Assembly (NCBI GenBank): GCA_048500275.1
Contig: JASNYI010000002.1
Span: forward strand, 144,784 to 208,783
Source: Thermoanaerobaculia bacterium
GTDB lineage: Bacteria > Acidobacteriota > Thermoanaerobaculia > UBA5066
Direction of reading: 5' to 3'
DNA length: 64,000 bases
Made by a program: the position numbers and the translations under genes. The notes beneath the pieces are model-generated. The model saw only the letters and a program-made list of their open reading frames with translations, made no database searches and was not told the DNA's origin. This document shows positions 49,897 through 58,855 of this stretch, piece after piece; position 1 is the stretch's first letter, and the number at the start of each line of letters is the position of its first letter.

Positions 49897-51219
49897 ATGC
49901 CCGACACCGCTCCGGCCGCCGAGACGCGCCCTCTTCCGCCGTCCGCCTACCGCTGGCTCGTCCTCCTCTCGTGCAGCCTCGCGATGTTCGGCAACTACTA
50001 CGTCTTCGACGCCCTCTACCCGGTGACGCCGCTCCTCGAGAAGGCGTTCGGCTTCACGGGGGCCCAGGTCGGACTCCTCGACACGGCCTACAACGTGGCG
50101 GCCCTCCTCACGCTCATCGCGGGGGGAGTCCTGATCGACCGGATCGGCGTCGCCGCCTCGGCCGTCCTCTTCGGGGCGATCGGCGCCGCGGGCAGCGTCG
50201 CGATCGCCGTCCTCCCGGCGCTCCTCCCCGACTCCCCCTGGGTCGGGATGATGCTCGGGCGGTTCCTTCTCGGCGTCGGCTCGGAGTGCTTCATCGTCGC
50301 GGCGACGACGGTCGTCGGGCGCTGGTTCAAGGGAAAGGAGATCTCCTTCGCCCTCGCGCTCCAGCTCCTCGTCGGGAGGCTCGGCTCGTGGACCGCCGAC
50401 AAGTCCCCCGACCTCGCGAAGTCCCTCTTCGACGGCTGGCAGCCGCCCCTCCTCCTCGCGGCCGGCCTCGGCCTCCTCTGGCTCGTCTTCGCCGTCGTCT
50501 ACGCGGGGCTCGAGAAGCGGGCGGCGCGCGTCTACGCGGTGAAGAAGCCGGGCGCGACGGACAAGCTCGTCTGGCGCGACCTCGTCCGGTTCGACCTCGG
50601 CTACTGGTGGGTCGTCGGCCTCTGCGTCGCCTTCTACGCGACGATCTTCCCGTTCCGGACCTTCGCGAACCTCTACTTCATCGAGGCGAAGGGACTCTCG
50701 CCCGAGGACGCCGGGAACCTCAAGTCGATCCTCCCGCTCCTGTCGATGATCGGGATGCCGCTCTTCGGCCTCCTCGTCGACAGGATCGGCAAGCGGGCGC
50801 TCCTGATGGCCGCCGGCTCGGCGCTCCTCGTCCCCCCCTTCTTCCTCCTCGCCTTCTCCTCCGCGCCGCCGACGGTCCTGATGGCGATGCTCGGTCTCGC
50901 CTTCGCGCTCGTCCCGGCCGTCCTCTGGCCCGCCGTCACCTACCTCGTCCCCGAGGAGAGGCTCGGCTCGGCCTACGCCCTCATGACGTTCTGCCAGCAG
51001 GTCGGCTGGGCCGGGATGAGCTGGGGCCTCGGCCTCCTGAAAGACGCCTCGAACGCGAGCGCCGCCCACCCGGCCGGCTGGGCCCCCGTGATGGTCGCGC
51101 TCGGCGCCCTCGCCTCGATCGGCTTCGTCTTCTCCTTCCTCCTCTGGAGAAGCGAGCGGGGGCCGAAAGGGCACGGCCTCGACGCCGTGACGCCGACGAG
51201 GGCGATCGAGCCGGGCTGA
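49897..51219 (+). CDS. MFS transporter (MFSD1-like)
   Basis: YRWLVLLSCSLAMFGNYYVFD, motif A GVLIDRIG, RWFKGKEISFA; 12 TM helices. Confidence 0.9.
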   Translation: MPDTAPAAETRPLPPSAYRWLVLLSCSLAMFGNYYVFDALYPVTPLLEKAFGFTGAQVGLLDTAYNVAALLTLIAGGVLIDRIGVAASAVLFGAIGAAGSVAIAVLPALLPDSPWVGMMLGRFLLGVGSECFIVAATTVVGRWFKGKEISFALALQLLVGRLGSWTADKSPDLAKSLFDGWQPPLLLAAGLGLLWLVFAVVYAGLEKRAARVYAVKKPGATDKLVWRDLVRFDLGYWWVVGLCVAFYATIFPFRTFANLYFIEAKGLSPEDAGNLKSILPLLSMIGMPLFGLLVDRIGKRALLMAAGSALLVPPFFLLAFSSAPPTVLMAMLGLAFALVPAVLWPAVTYLVPEERLGSAYALMTFCQQVGWAGMSWGLGLLKDASNASAAHPAGWAPVMVALGALASIGFVFSFLLWRSERGPKGHGLDAVTPTRAIEPG

Positions 51220-51295
51220 CGCCGCTCCCGCGTCCGGCCGTTCGGGGTCGGCACGCGAACGTCCGCCTGCCCGCCGCGCTGGAGAGGGTGACCCC

Positions 51296-51901
51296 CTACT
51301 CGGCCGGGCCGAGCGCCGCCCGGCCGGCCGAGCGCATCCGGTAGAGGAACCAGAGCGAGCAGCCGAGGAGCACCAGGGCGATCAGGAGGAACGGGGGCGT
51401 CGGCCGGCGCAGGAGGAGAAAGACGGCCGCCGCGGCGGCGAAGATGGCCTTCGTCCGCTCGCGGCCGACGCGCTTGCGGGCGAGCGCCGTCTTCAACTCG
51501 GGGACCCAATCCGCGGCCGCCCAGCAGCCGACGCTCGGGTCGAAGATCTCGGCCCCCTCGCCGATCGTCCCCCGGTCGACGAGGGAGGCGGCCTCCGTGA
51601 CGTCCTCGACGGCGAACTCACGCCCCTTCCAGCGGACCCTCCAGCCGCTCTCCGGGGCGTCCGGATCGCTCTCCTCCTCGGCGACGGCTTCCGGCGTGAA
51701 GGCTCCGCGGGCCTCCCGGATCGTCTCGTAGGCCTCGTGGATGGTCTTCAGCTTCTCCTCGGCCCGCTGTCTGAGCGCAGGGTCGTGGCCGAAGCGGTCC
51801 GGGTGCCAGACCTTCGTCAGGTCGCGGTGGGCCCGTTTCAGCTCGAAATCCGAGCTTCCCGGGTCGACATCGAGAATGCGGTAGGCGTCTTCGAGGTGCA
51901 T
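51296..51901 (-). CDS. J-domain co-chaperone with GYF-like middle region and C-terminal TMs
   Basis: AYRILDV...KVWHPDRF...EEKLKTIHEAYE and a hydrophobic C-terminus. Confidence 0.88.
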   Translation of the reverse strand: MHLEDAYRILDVDPGSSDFELKRAHRDLTKVWHPDRFGHDPALRQRAEEKLKTIHEAYETIREARGAFTPEAVAEEESDPDAPESGWRVRWKGREFAVEDVTEAASLVDRGTIGEGAEIFDPSVGCWAAADWVPELKTALARKRVGRERTKAIFAAAAAVFLLLRRPTPPFLLIALVLLGCSLWFLYRMRSAGRAALGPAE

Positions 51902-52010
51902 GGGCGTCCGGCAGACCTTACGATGCCGGGAATTCGGCCACAACCGGAAACGTTAGCGCTCAGAGGCTCTTTCCAGAACCCCCGACCGCCGGTCCGTGAG
52001 AGGAGATTCG

Positions 52011-52997
52011 ATGGAGACCCAGATCCCGAACGTGCTCAAGTTCAAGCCGCCGAACATCCCCCCCAGCCTCATCCTGAAGGGCGTCGTCGGCGTCGTCGCG
52101 CTCGCCGTCGTCTTTTCGGCCTGGTTCACGATCGAGCCGGAGGAGGCGGGCCTCGTCCTGAGGTTCGGGAAATACGTGAGGACGGTCCCGTCCGGCCTCC
52201 ACCTGAAGCTCCCGAGCCCGATCGAGCAGGTCGTGAAGGTCCCGGTCGAGCGCCAGCTGAAGGAGGAGTTCGGGTTCCGGACGGAGGGCTCGACGGGGCC
52301 GCGCCGGACCTACTCGCAGGAAGACCTCTCCTCCGAGTCGCTCATGCTGACGGGCGACCTGAACGTCGCCGTCGTCGAGTGGACGGCCCAGTACCGGGTC
52401 CGCGACCCCTACAAGTACCTCTTCAAGGTCCGGAGCGTCCAGAAGACGTTCCGCGACATGAACGAGACCGTCATGCGGGAGGTCGTGGGCGACCGGAGCG
52501 TGAACGAGGTCCTGACGGTCGGCCGCCAGGAAATCGCCGCCGAGGTCGAGCAGCGCCTCCAGGCCCTCTGCGACCAGTACGAGAACGGCATCAAGGTGGA
52601 GCAGATCGTCCTGCAGGACGTCAACCCGCCCGACCAGGTCAAGCCCTCCTTCAACGAGGTCAACCAGGCCCAGCAGGAGAGGGAGAAGCTCATCAACCAG
52701 GCCCGCGCCGACTACAACCAGATCATCCCGCGCGCCAGCGGACAGGCCCAGCAGACGATCGAGCAGGCCGAGGGCTTCGCGACCGACCGCGTCAACCGGG
52801 CCCGCGGTGACGCCGAGCTCTTCGTGAAGGTCCACGCGGCCTACCAGCGCGCGCCCGAGGTGACGCGGCGCCGCATGTACCTCGAGACCATGACCGAGAT
52901 CTACCCGAAGGTGAAGAGGAAGGTCGTCCTCGACGAGAAGATGAAGGGGATACTCCCGCTCCTGCCGATGGCCGGCGCCCCGGAGGTGAAGCCGTGA
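52011..52997 (+). CDS. hflK: FtsH protease modulator HflK
   Basis: N-terminal TM + SPFH domain, MLTGDLNV, VNPPDQVKPSFNEV, APEVTRRRMYLETM. Confidence 0.94.
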   Translation: METQIPNVLKFKPPNIPPSLILKGVVGVVALAVVFSAWFTIEPEEAGLVLRFGKYVRTVPSGLHLKLPSPIEQVVKVPVERQLKEEFGFRTEGSTGPRRTYSQEDLSSESLMLTGDLNVAVVEWTAQYRVRDPYKYLFKVRSVQKTFRDMNETVMREVVGDRSVNEVLTVGRQEIAAEVEQRLQALCDQYENGIKVEQIVLQDVNPPDQVKPSFNEVNQAQQEREKLINQARADYNQIIPRASGQAQQTIEQAEGFATDRVNRARGDAELFVKVHAAYQRAPEVTRRRMYLETMTEIYPKVKRKVVLDEKMKGILPLLPMAGAPEVKP

Positions 52998-53932
52998 AGG
53001 AGATCCGGATCACAGTCCTGATCCTGGCCGTCGTCGTCGGGTTCGTCGTCCTGTCGAGCGCGCTCTACACCGTCGGGGAGACCCAGCAGGTCGTCATCAC
53101 GCAGTTCGGCAAGCCGGTCGGCAAGCCGATCACGACACCCGGCCTCAAGCTCAAGATGCCCTTCACCCAGACCGTCCACTCCTTCGAGAAGCGGTTCATG
53201 GAGTGGGACGGCGACCCGAACCAGATCCCGACGAAGGACAAGCGCTTCATCTGGGTCGATTCGTACGCCCGCTGGCGGATCACCGACCCGCTTCTCTTCT
53301 TCCAGCGCCTCCGCGACGAGCGGGGGGCGCAGTCGCGCCTCGACGACATCCTCGACGGCGAGACCCGGAACGTGATCGCCAAGAACGAGCTGATCGACAT
53401 CGTCCGCTCGACGAACCGCCCGTTCGTCGTCGGCGACGACATGGCCGACCTGACCCAGCCGGAGGCCGCCGAGAAGGTCGAGCACGGGCGCGAGAAGCTG
53501 ACCCAGGAGGTCCTCGCGAACGCCCGGCGGCGCACCGGCGACCTCGGCATCGAGATCCTCGACTTCCGCATCAAGCAGATCAACTACGTCGAGGCCGTCC
53601 GCCAGGAGGTCTACGCCCGGATGATCTCCGAGCGCAAGAGGATCGCCGAGCGCTACCGCTCCGAGGGGGCGGGCGAGGCGGCCCGGATCGCGGGCGAGAA
53701 GGAGCGGCAGCTCCGCGTCATCGAGTCCGAGGCGTACCGCAAGGCCCAGGAGATTCGCGGCAAGGCCGACGCCGAGGCCGCCGACATCTACGCCGCTGCC
53801 TACAACCGCGACCCCGACTTCTACCGGTTCCTGAAGTCGATGGGCACCCTCCGGGAGAGCATCGACCCGGAGACGACTCTCATCCTCTCGACCGACAGCG
53901 AGCTCCTCCGCTACCTCGGCTCCGCGAAGTGA
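52994..53932 (+). CDS. hflC: FtsH protease modulator HflC
   Basis: VITQFGKPV, TKDKRFIWVD, RMISERKRIA, YNRDPDFYRF. GTGA overlap with hflK. Confidence 0.95.
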   Translation: MKEIRITVLILAVVVGFVVLSSALYTVGETQQVVITQFGKPVGKPITTPGLKLKMPFTQTVHSFEKRFMEWDGDPNQIPTKDKRFIWVDSYARWRITDPLLFFQRLRDERGAQSRLDDILDGETRNVIAKNELIDIVRSTNRPFVVGDDMADLTQPEAAEKVEHGREKLTQEVLANARRRTGDLGIEILDFRIKQINYVEAVRQEVYARMISERKRIAERYRSEGAGEAARIAGEKERQLRVIESEAYRKAQEIRGKADAEAADIYAAAYNRDPDFYRFLKSMGTLRESIDPETTLILSTDSELLRYLGSAK

Positions 53933-53939
53933 TCCGGAC

Positions 53940-53971
53940 GCCCGCCCCCGCGCTTCGGCGCGGGGGCGGGC
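53940..53971. terminator. Stable hairpin (cUUCGg tetraloop) between convergent hflC and M24 peptidase
   Basis: 14-bp perfect stem GCCCGCCCCCGCGC / GCGCGGGGGCGGGC around a TTCG loop; no U-tract. Confidence 0.5.
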
Positions 53972-54027
53972 GGGCCCCGGGGCGCGCCGGCGGGCAGGCG
54001 CGAGGCGGGGGGGGACAGCAGCCGTCC

Positions 54028-55209
54028 CTACCCGACCAGGGCCAGCTCCGTCTGAGGCTCCGAGAGCCACTCGCACCCGTCCGGGGTGACGAGGACCATC
54101 TCCTCCACGGTGCAGACGCCCCTCCCGGGAACCGTGAGGCGCGGCTCGATCGTGAAGACCATCCCCGGCTCGAGCTTCCGGAAGGGCTTCTGCGCGTACT
54201 TCTCCCAGGCCGGCCCGAGAAGGGCCGTGCCGTCGTGGGCGAAGCGCCCCACCTGGTGGCCGAGGCCGTGCGGGAACTCCTCGAAACCGCGCCCGGCGAG
54301 GACGCGGCGCGCGATCGCGTCGATCTCGTGGCCGAGCGCACCCGGCCGCATGGCCTCCTTGCACTGGCGGATCGCGTCGACGATGGTGGCGAAGCCGTGG
54401 GCGACGTCGGGCGGCGCGGCGGCCTCTCCCTCCTCGAGGACGTAGAACGTCCGCTGCAGGTCCGAGACGTAGCCGTCGACCTTCACGCCGAAGTCCATGT
54501 TCAGGACGTGGCCGCGCTCCACGACCCGGTCCGTCGGCGCGTAGTGGGCCCCCGCGGTGGCCGGGCCCGTGAAGACGCCCGGGCAGATCGACTCGTGCCA
54601 GCTGAAGCCGAGGCCGCGCCGCCGGGTCTCCTCCCGCATGAAGGCGGCGATCTCCTTTTCGGTGAGGCCGGGACGGAGGAAGCCGCCGACGAGGGCGTAG
54701 ATCTCCTCGGTGTGCCGGATCGCCCGGCGGATCGTCTCGACCTCCCAAGCCGTCTTCCGCTCCCTGAGGGAGGAGACGATCGGCTCGGCCGAGACGATGC
54801 GGTCCTCCAGCCCCGCCTCCGCGAGGAGGCGCCGCATCGTCAGGAACATCCCGTGGGTGAGCCCGTCGCAGATCTCGCTCCCCTCCGAGTAGTTGAGGGC
54901 GATGGTCCGCGGGGCGAGCGGCCGGATGAAGTCGAGGAACGGCTCACGGAAGCCCGTGACGAATCCGACGACCTCGTCCCAGGCGCCGAGGTCCTTCACC
55001 GTCGGCACGTCCTGGCTCCCCACGATGGCCCGCGTCGGGCCGCCGCGGCAGACGATGAAGGCCGAGTGCCAGGTCAGGTGGGGCGGGCCGAGGTAGACCA
55101 GCGTCGGGTCGCCGACGATCTCGGTCTCCCTCGTGAACGTGATCCAGCAGTCGACGTCGAGCTCTTCGAGGAGAGCCCTGGCCTGCCGGAGCTTCTCGCG
55201 GATCAACAT
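54028..55209 (-). CDS. M24 family metallopeptidase (Xaa-Pro aminopeptidase-like)
   Basis: MDFGV...YVSDLQRT, HGLGHQVG...HD, FTIEP, EEMV metal ligands. Confidence 0.92.
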   Translation of the reverse strand: MLIREKLRQARALLEELDVDCWITFTRETEIVGDPTLVYLGPPHLTWHSAFIVCRGGPTRAIVGSQDVPTVKDLGAWDEVVGFVTGFREPFLDFIRPLAPRTIALNYSEGSEICDGLTHGMFLTMRRLLAEAGLEDRIVSAEPIVSSLRERKTAWEVETIRRAIRHTEEIYALVGGFLRPGLTEKEIAAFMREETRRRGLGFSWHESICPGVFTGPATAGAHYAPTDRVVERGHVLNMDFGVKVDGYVSDLQRTFYVLEEGEAAAPPDVAHGFATIVDAIRQCKEAMRPGALGHEIDAIARRVLAGRGFEEFPHGLGHQVGRFAHDGTALLGPAWEKYAQKPFRKLEPGMVFTIEPRLTVPGRGVCTVEEMVLVTPDGCEWLSEPQTELALVG

Positions 55210-56618
55210 CACGCACCTCCGGGGTTCGTCGTTTCGGCGGCGGCGGGGCGGAGCCCGGCGCGGAGCCAGCCCCGGGCGAGGAGCAGGGCGATCGGCGTCA
55301 CCATGGCGACGGCCGCGTGGATCAGCCACATCCGTTCGGTGAGGAGGGGGCCCCCGGCGGGGCAGTACCTCGACAGGAACCACCCGGCGTAGAGGCCCGT
55401 CAGGAACTTCGTCAGGAACCACGGGAACTGCCCGATCCCGACGTAGGCGCCCGCTCTCCCGGGCGGCGCCATCTCGGTGACGAGGTGGAAGAAGCGAGGC
55501 TGCCACATCGCCTCGCCGACCGTCATCAGGAGGATGTAGGCGAAGAGGGCCGCGGGCGACGGCCCCAGGACCAGGAGGAAGGCGGGCGCCGCCATGACGA
55601 GCGTCCCCCACTGGATCATGTCGAGCGGGTCCATCTTCGCGGTGAGCGCGGCGACGAGAGGGGCGAGGAGGAAGACGAGGAGGGGGCTGAGGTTCGCGAA
55701 GAGCTCGAACCGGCTGCTGACCCACGGGACGAAGGCGCGGTCGATGTAGAGGGGCAGCGTCAGCCAGCCGTGGGCGAAGAGGGTCTGGACGGGGATGAGG
55801 ACGAAGACGAAGAACGTGAAGCGGGCGTCCCGGAGGGGATGCTCGGCCAGCCAGCGGGAGGTGAAGGGCCGCGGCCGGGGCGCGGCGCTGGCGGCGGCCT
55901 CGAGGGCGGCCGTCTCCGGGCGCCGCGCCCGCGCCTCGTCCACGAGGCGGGGCGTCAGGAGGAGGGCGGTGACCGCGACGGAGGCGAACGTGAGCGCGGC
56001 GTAGAGCGCGAAGACCCCGTGGATCCCGTTCGGCGGGAAGGCGGCGGCCGAGGCCTCGCGCACGAAGGGGGAGAGGAAGCCGGCGAGGAAGGCGCCGAGG
56101 TTGTTGAGGGCGTAGATCACGGCGAACGCCACGGCCGACGACTTCGGGTCGGCGTACTGCTTCACCGCGGAGAAGAGGGCGGGCTGGAACGTCCCGAAGC
56201 CGACGACGACGACGAGGAGCCCGAGGGCGGTGGCGAGGAAGGCGGGCGAGGCGAACCCGGTGCCGGGGAGCTTCCCGGCCGCCGCGAGGAGAACCCTCCC
56301 CACCGCCATCGCGCCGATGGCGAGGAGGAGGACCCTCCGCGTGCCGAACCGGTCGCCCAGCTCGCCGAGGAAGAACATGGCGAAGGTGACGCCCCCGGTG
56401 AAGAGCGAGACGACGAACCCGGCCCGGACGTCGCCGAGTCCGAGGTTCTCCGACAGGGACTTCATGAGGAGTGTCAGGACGCCGAAGTAGGCGATCCCCT
56501 CGAGGAGGTAGGGGACGTTCAGGCCCCAGAGGGCGCGGGGGGAGGCGAGGAAGGCGCGGGCGGTCTTCTTCAGCTCGCCGAGCGCCTTCGCGAGGGGGCG
56601 GGGCGTGGCTCCCGTCAC
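55209..56618 (-). CDS. MFS transporter (peptide/POT-like)
   Basis: YLLEGIAYFG, GELGDRFG, YALNNLGAF; 12 TM helices. Stop overlaps the M24 start. Confidence 0.88.
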   Translation of the reverse strand: MTGATPRPLAKALGELKKTARAFLASPRALWGLNVPYLLEGIAYFGVLTLLMKSLSENLGLGDVRAGFVVSLFTGGVTFAMFFLGELGDRFGTRRVLLLAIGAMAVGRVLLAAAGKLPGTGFASPAFLATALGLLVVVVGFGTFQPALFSAVKQYADPKSSAVAFAVIYALNNLGAFLAGFLSPFVREASAAAFPPNGIHGVFALYAALTFASVAVTALLLTPRLVDEARARRPETAALEAAASAAPRPRPFTSRWLAEHPLRDARFTFFVFVLIPVQTLFAHGWLTLPLYIDRAFVPWVSSRFELFANLSPLLVFLLAPLVAALTAKMDPLDMIQWGTLVMAAPAFLLVLGPSPAALFAYILLMTVGEAMWQPRFFHLVTEMAPPGRAGAYVGIGQFPWFLTKFLTGLYAGWFLSRYCPAGGPLLTERMWLIHAAVAMVTPIALLLARGWLRAGLRPAAAETTNPGGA

Positions 56619-56622
56619 GGGG

Positions 56623-57975
56623 CTAGACCCAGCCCCGCCGCGCGAGGGCGGCCCGGACCCGGGGCGGGTCCCCGCCGGCCTCCTTGCACGCGGCGGTCAC
56701 TGGGGCGTAGCCGTGCTGCCGCGAGAGGCGGGAGAGGGTCGGGACGAGGGTCGAGGCGTGCCGCTCGTTGACGGCGGCGTCGGCCTCGAGGCCCGCGACG
56801 CAGAAGGCCGCGAGGGAGTCGGCCGCGTTGCCGAGGAGGCTCATCGCGTCGAGCGTCTCGAAGAGGACGAGGCTCTCCCAGACGTTCAGGTCGAGCTCGC
56901 CGTGGTCGATCGCGGCCTCGCAGGCCGCCTGCCGGCCGACGGCGGCGAGGGCGAGCTGGATCACGAACTCGGGGATGACGGGGTTGACCTTGCCGGGCAT
57001 GGCCGAGGAGCCGGGCTGGCGGGGCGGGAGACGCAGCTCGCCGAGCCCCCCCTCAGGGCCGGAGGAGAGGAGCCTCAGGTCCTTCGCGATCTTCACGAGG
57101 CCCCGCGCCAGGAGCCCGAGCTGGACGGCGACGTTCACGGCGTCGTCGGGGTTCTGGGCCGCGTCGTAGAGGTCGGGAGCCGCCTCGTACCGCGGGTCTC
57201 CGGTCGCCTCGCAAAGGGCGGGGACGACGGCCTCGCGGTAGGCGGCGGGAACGGCGTCGCCGTCGCCGATGACGGTCCCGCCGAGGTTGACGCGGTGCAG
57301 CCGGTCGACGGCCTCTGCGGCGCGCTCCCGCCCGCGCTCGACGAGGCCCGCCCAGCCGCCGAGGAGCGCCTCCCAGGTCGAGGGGACGGCGTCCTGCAGG
57401 CAGGTGCGGGCGAGGCGCGGTGCTCGGCCCAGCCCGGCCCCCTTCGCCCGGATCGAAGCGGAGAGCCCCGCGAGGGACGAGGAGAGGGGAGCGAAGGCCG
57501 TCACGAGGGCGACGTGGCACGCAGTGGGGTAGACGTCGTTCGTCGACTGGTTCAGGTTGACGTGGTCGTTCGGGTGGACGAGCCGGTACTCGCCGCGCCG
57601 TCCCCCGAGGATCTCCTCGGCGAGGTTGGCGAGGACCTCGTTCGCGTTCATGTTCGCCGAGGTCCCGCCGCCGCCGTGGAGGCGGTGGACCGGAAACTCG
57701 TCGAAGAGCCCTTCGGCAAGGACGCGGCCCGCGGCGGTGGCGATCGCCTCGCCGACGCCGGGCGCGAGGAGCCCGGCGCGGACGTTGGCTTTCGCCGCGG
57801 CCGTCTTGACCGCGAGGAGCGCCGAAACGAGCTCGGGGCAGCTGCCGATCGTCCGCTCGCCCCGGAGCGGGAAGTTCTCCACGGCCCGCCGGGTCTGCGC
57901 CCCGAAAAGCGCCCCGGCGGGTACCTCGACCTTCCCCAGGAGGTCCTCCTCGACTCGAACGCCTCCAGCTGCCAT
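56623..57975 (-). CDS. aspA: Aspartate ammonia-lyase-like enzyme (fumarase/aspartase superfamily)
   Basis: GAQTRRAVENF, GGGTSANMNANEV, HPNDHVNLNQSTNDVYPTA, RTCLQDAVP, GSSAMPGKVNPV. Substrate not certain. Confidence 0.85.
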   Translation of the reverse strand: MAAGGVRVEEDLLGKVEVPAGALFGAQTRRAVENFPLRGERTIGSCPELVSALLAVKTAAAKANVRAGLLAPGVGEAIATAAGRVLAEGLFDEFPVHRLHGGGGTSANMNANEVLANLAEEILGGRRGEYRLVHPNDHVNLNQSTNDVYPTACHVALVTAFAPLSSSLAGLSASIRAKGAGLGRAPRLARTCLQDAVPSTWEALLGGWAGLVERGRERAAEAVDRLHRVNLGGTVIGDGDAVPAAYREAVVPALCEATGDPRYEAAPDLYDAAQNPDDAVNVAVQLGLLARGLVKIAKDLRLLSSGPEGGLGELRLPPRQPGSSAMPGKVNPVIPEFVIQLALAAVGRQAACEAAIDHGELDLNVWESLVLFETLDAMSLLGNAADSLAAFCVAGLEADAAVNERHASTLVPTLSRLSRQHGYAPVTAACKEAGGDPPRVRAALARRGWV

Positions 57976-58035
57976 CGTCCCCGTCCTTTCGCCCCCGGGG
58001 TGCCGCCGGCACGCCCGATGAGGCACAATAGGGGC

Positions 58036-58716
58036 ATGACAATACGCCACCGTATGCAGAGGAGTCCAGCGCCCGGGGGCGAGTCGACCACCCAGCTGAG
58101 CCGGCTCCACTGGACCGAGCTGGGGCTTCACCTCCTCGGCCAGCGGGGCCTCGAGGCCGTCCGTGTCGAGGTCCTCGCGCGCCGGCTCCACGTGACGAAG
58201 GGGAGCTTCTACTGGCACTTCAGGAACCGTCAGGACCTCTTCGACTCCATGGTCGAGCTGTGGGAGGAGGAGACCCGCGCGCTCCTCACCGAAGCCGGAG
58301 AGGCGGAGCCGGGGCTCCCGCGCCTGAACCGGCTTTTCGAGCTGGTGGACCGGCACAAGGGGCGGCGCCCCGACGTGGCCATCTTCTCCTGGGCCCGGCG
58401 CGACGCGAAGGTCGCGGCCCGCGTGGACGCGGTGGAGAGGAAGAGGATCGAGTTCCTGGAGGGGGCCTTCCGTGCGGTGAGGGGGAGCGAGGCCGGCGTG
58501 GCCGAGGACGCGCTCTTCACCTACCTGGCGTTCGTCGGCTGGCTCGACCGGTCGAGCCGCGCTCCGAAGTCGACGCCGGCCTACAGGGAGTTCGCCTCGA
58601 CGATCCTGCGCCGGCTCGTGCCGGGCGCCGGAGCCGCGGCGGCCGCGCCGCCGGGCGCGAGCGAGCCGGTGGCCGGACCCCGCCCGCGCAGGCGGAAGAA
58701 GCCGGCGGCCCCGTAG
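58036..58716 (+). CDS. TetR/AcrR family transcriptional regulator
   Basis: GLEAVRVEVLARRLHVTKGSFYWHF HTH. ATG 58036 (or 58054). Confidence 0.93.
   Translation: MTIRHRMQRSPAPGGESTTQLSRLHWTELGLHLLGQRGLEAVRVEVLARRLHVTKGSFYWHFRNRQDLFDSMVELWEEETRALLTEAGEAEPGLPRLNRLFELVDRHKGRRPDVAIFSWARRDAKVAARVDAVERKRIEFLEGAFRAVRGSEAGVAEDALFTYLAFVGWLDRSSRAPKSTPAYREFASTILRRLVPGAGAAAAAPPGASEPVAGPRPRRRKKPAAP
58042..58055. promoter_or_regulatory. Candidate TetR operator 1 (tetR/aspA divergent region)
   Basis: ATACGCCACCGTAT, 12/14 match to ATACGGTACCGTAT. Confidence 0.6.
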
Positions 58717-58779
58717 CGAACGGACTCCTGGAAGGGTGCGGGAGGAGAGCGCCCGGGTCCCGGGATCCCTTTCGTTCCA

Positions 58780-58825
58780 TACCATACGGTACCGTATTGA
58801 CAGGCCGGCGATCGGGGGCTAGATT
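58780..58825 (+). promoter_or_regulatory. Candidate TetR operator 2 abutting a sigma-70 promoter of the TonB-dependent receptor
   Basis: Palindrome ATACGGTACCGTAT (58784-58797) overlapping TTGACA (58797-58802), 17-nt spacer, TAGATT (58820-58825). Confidence 0.8.
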
Positions 58826-58855
58826 CCCGGTCGGAACGAAACCCAGGAGGCGGAC

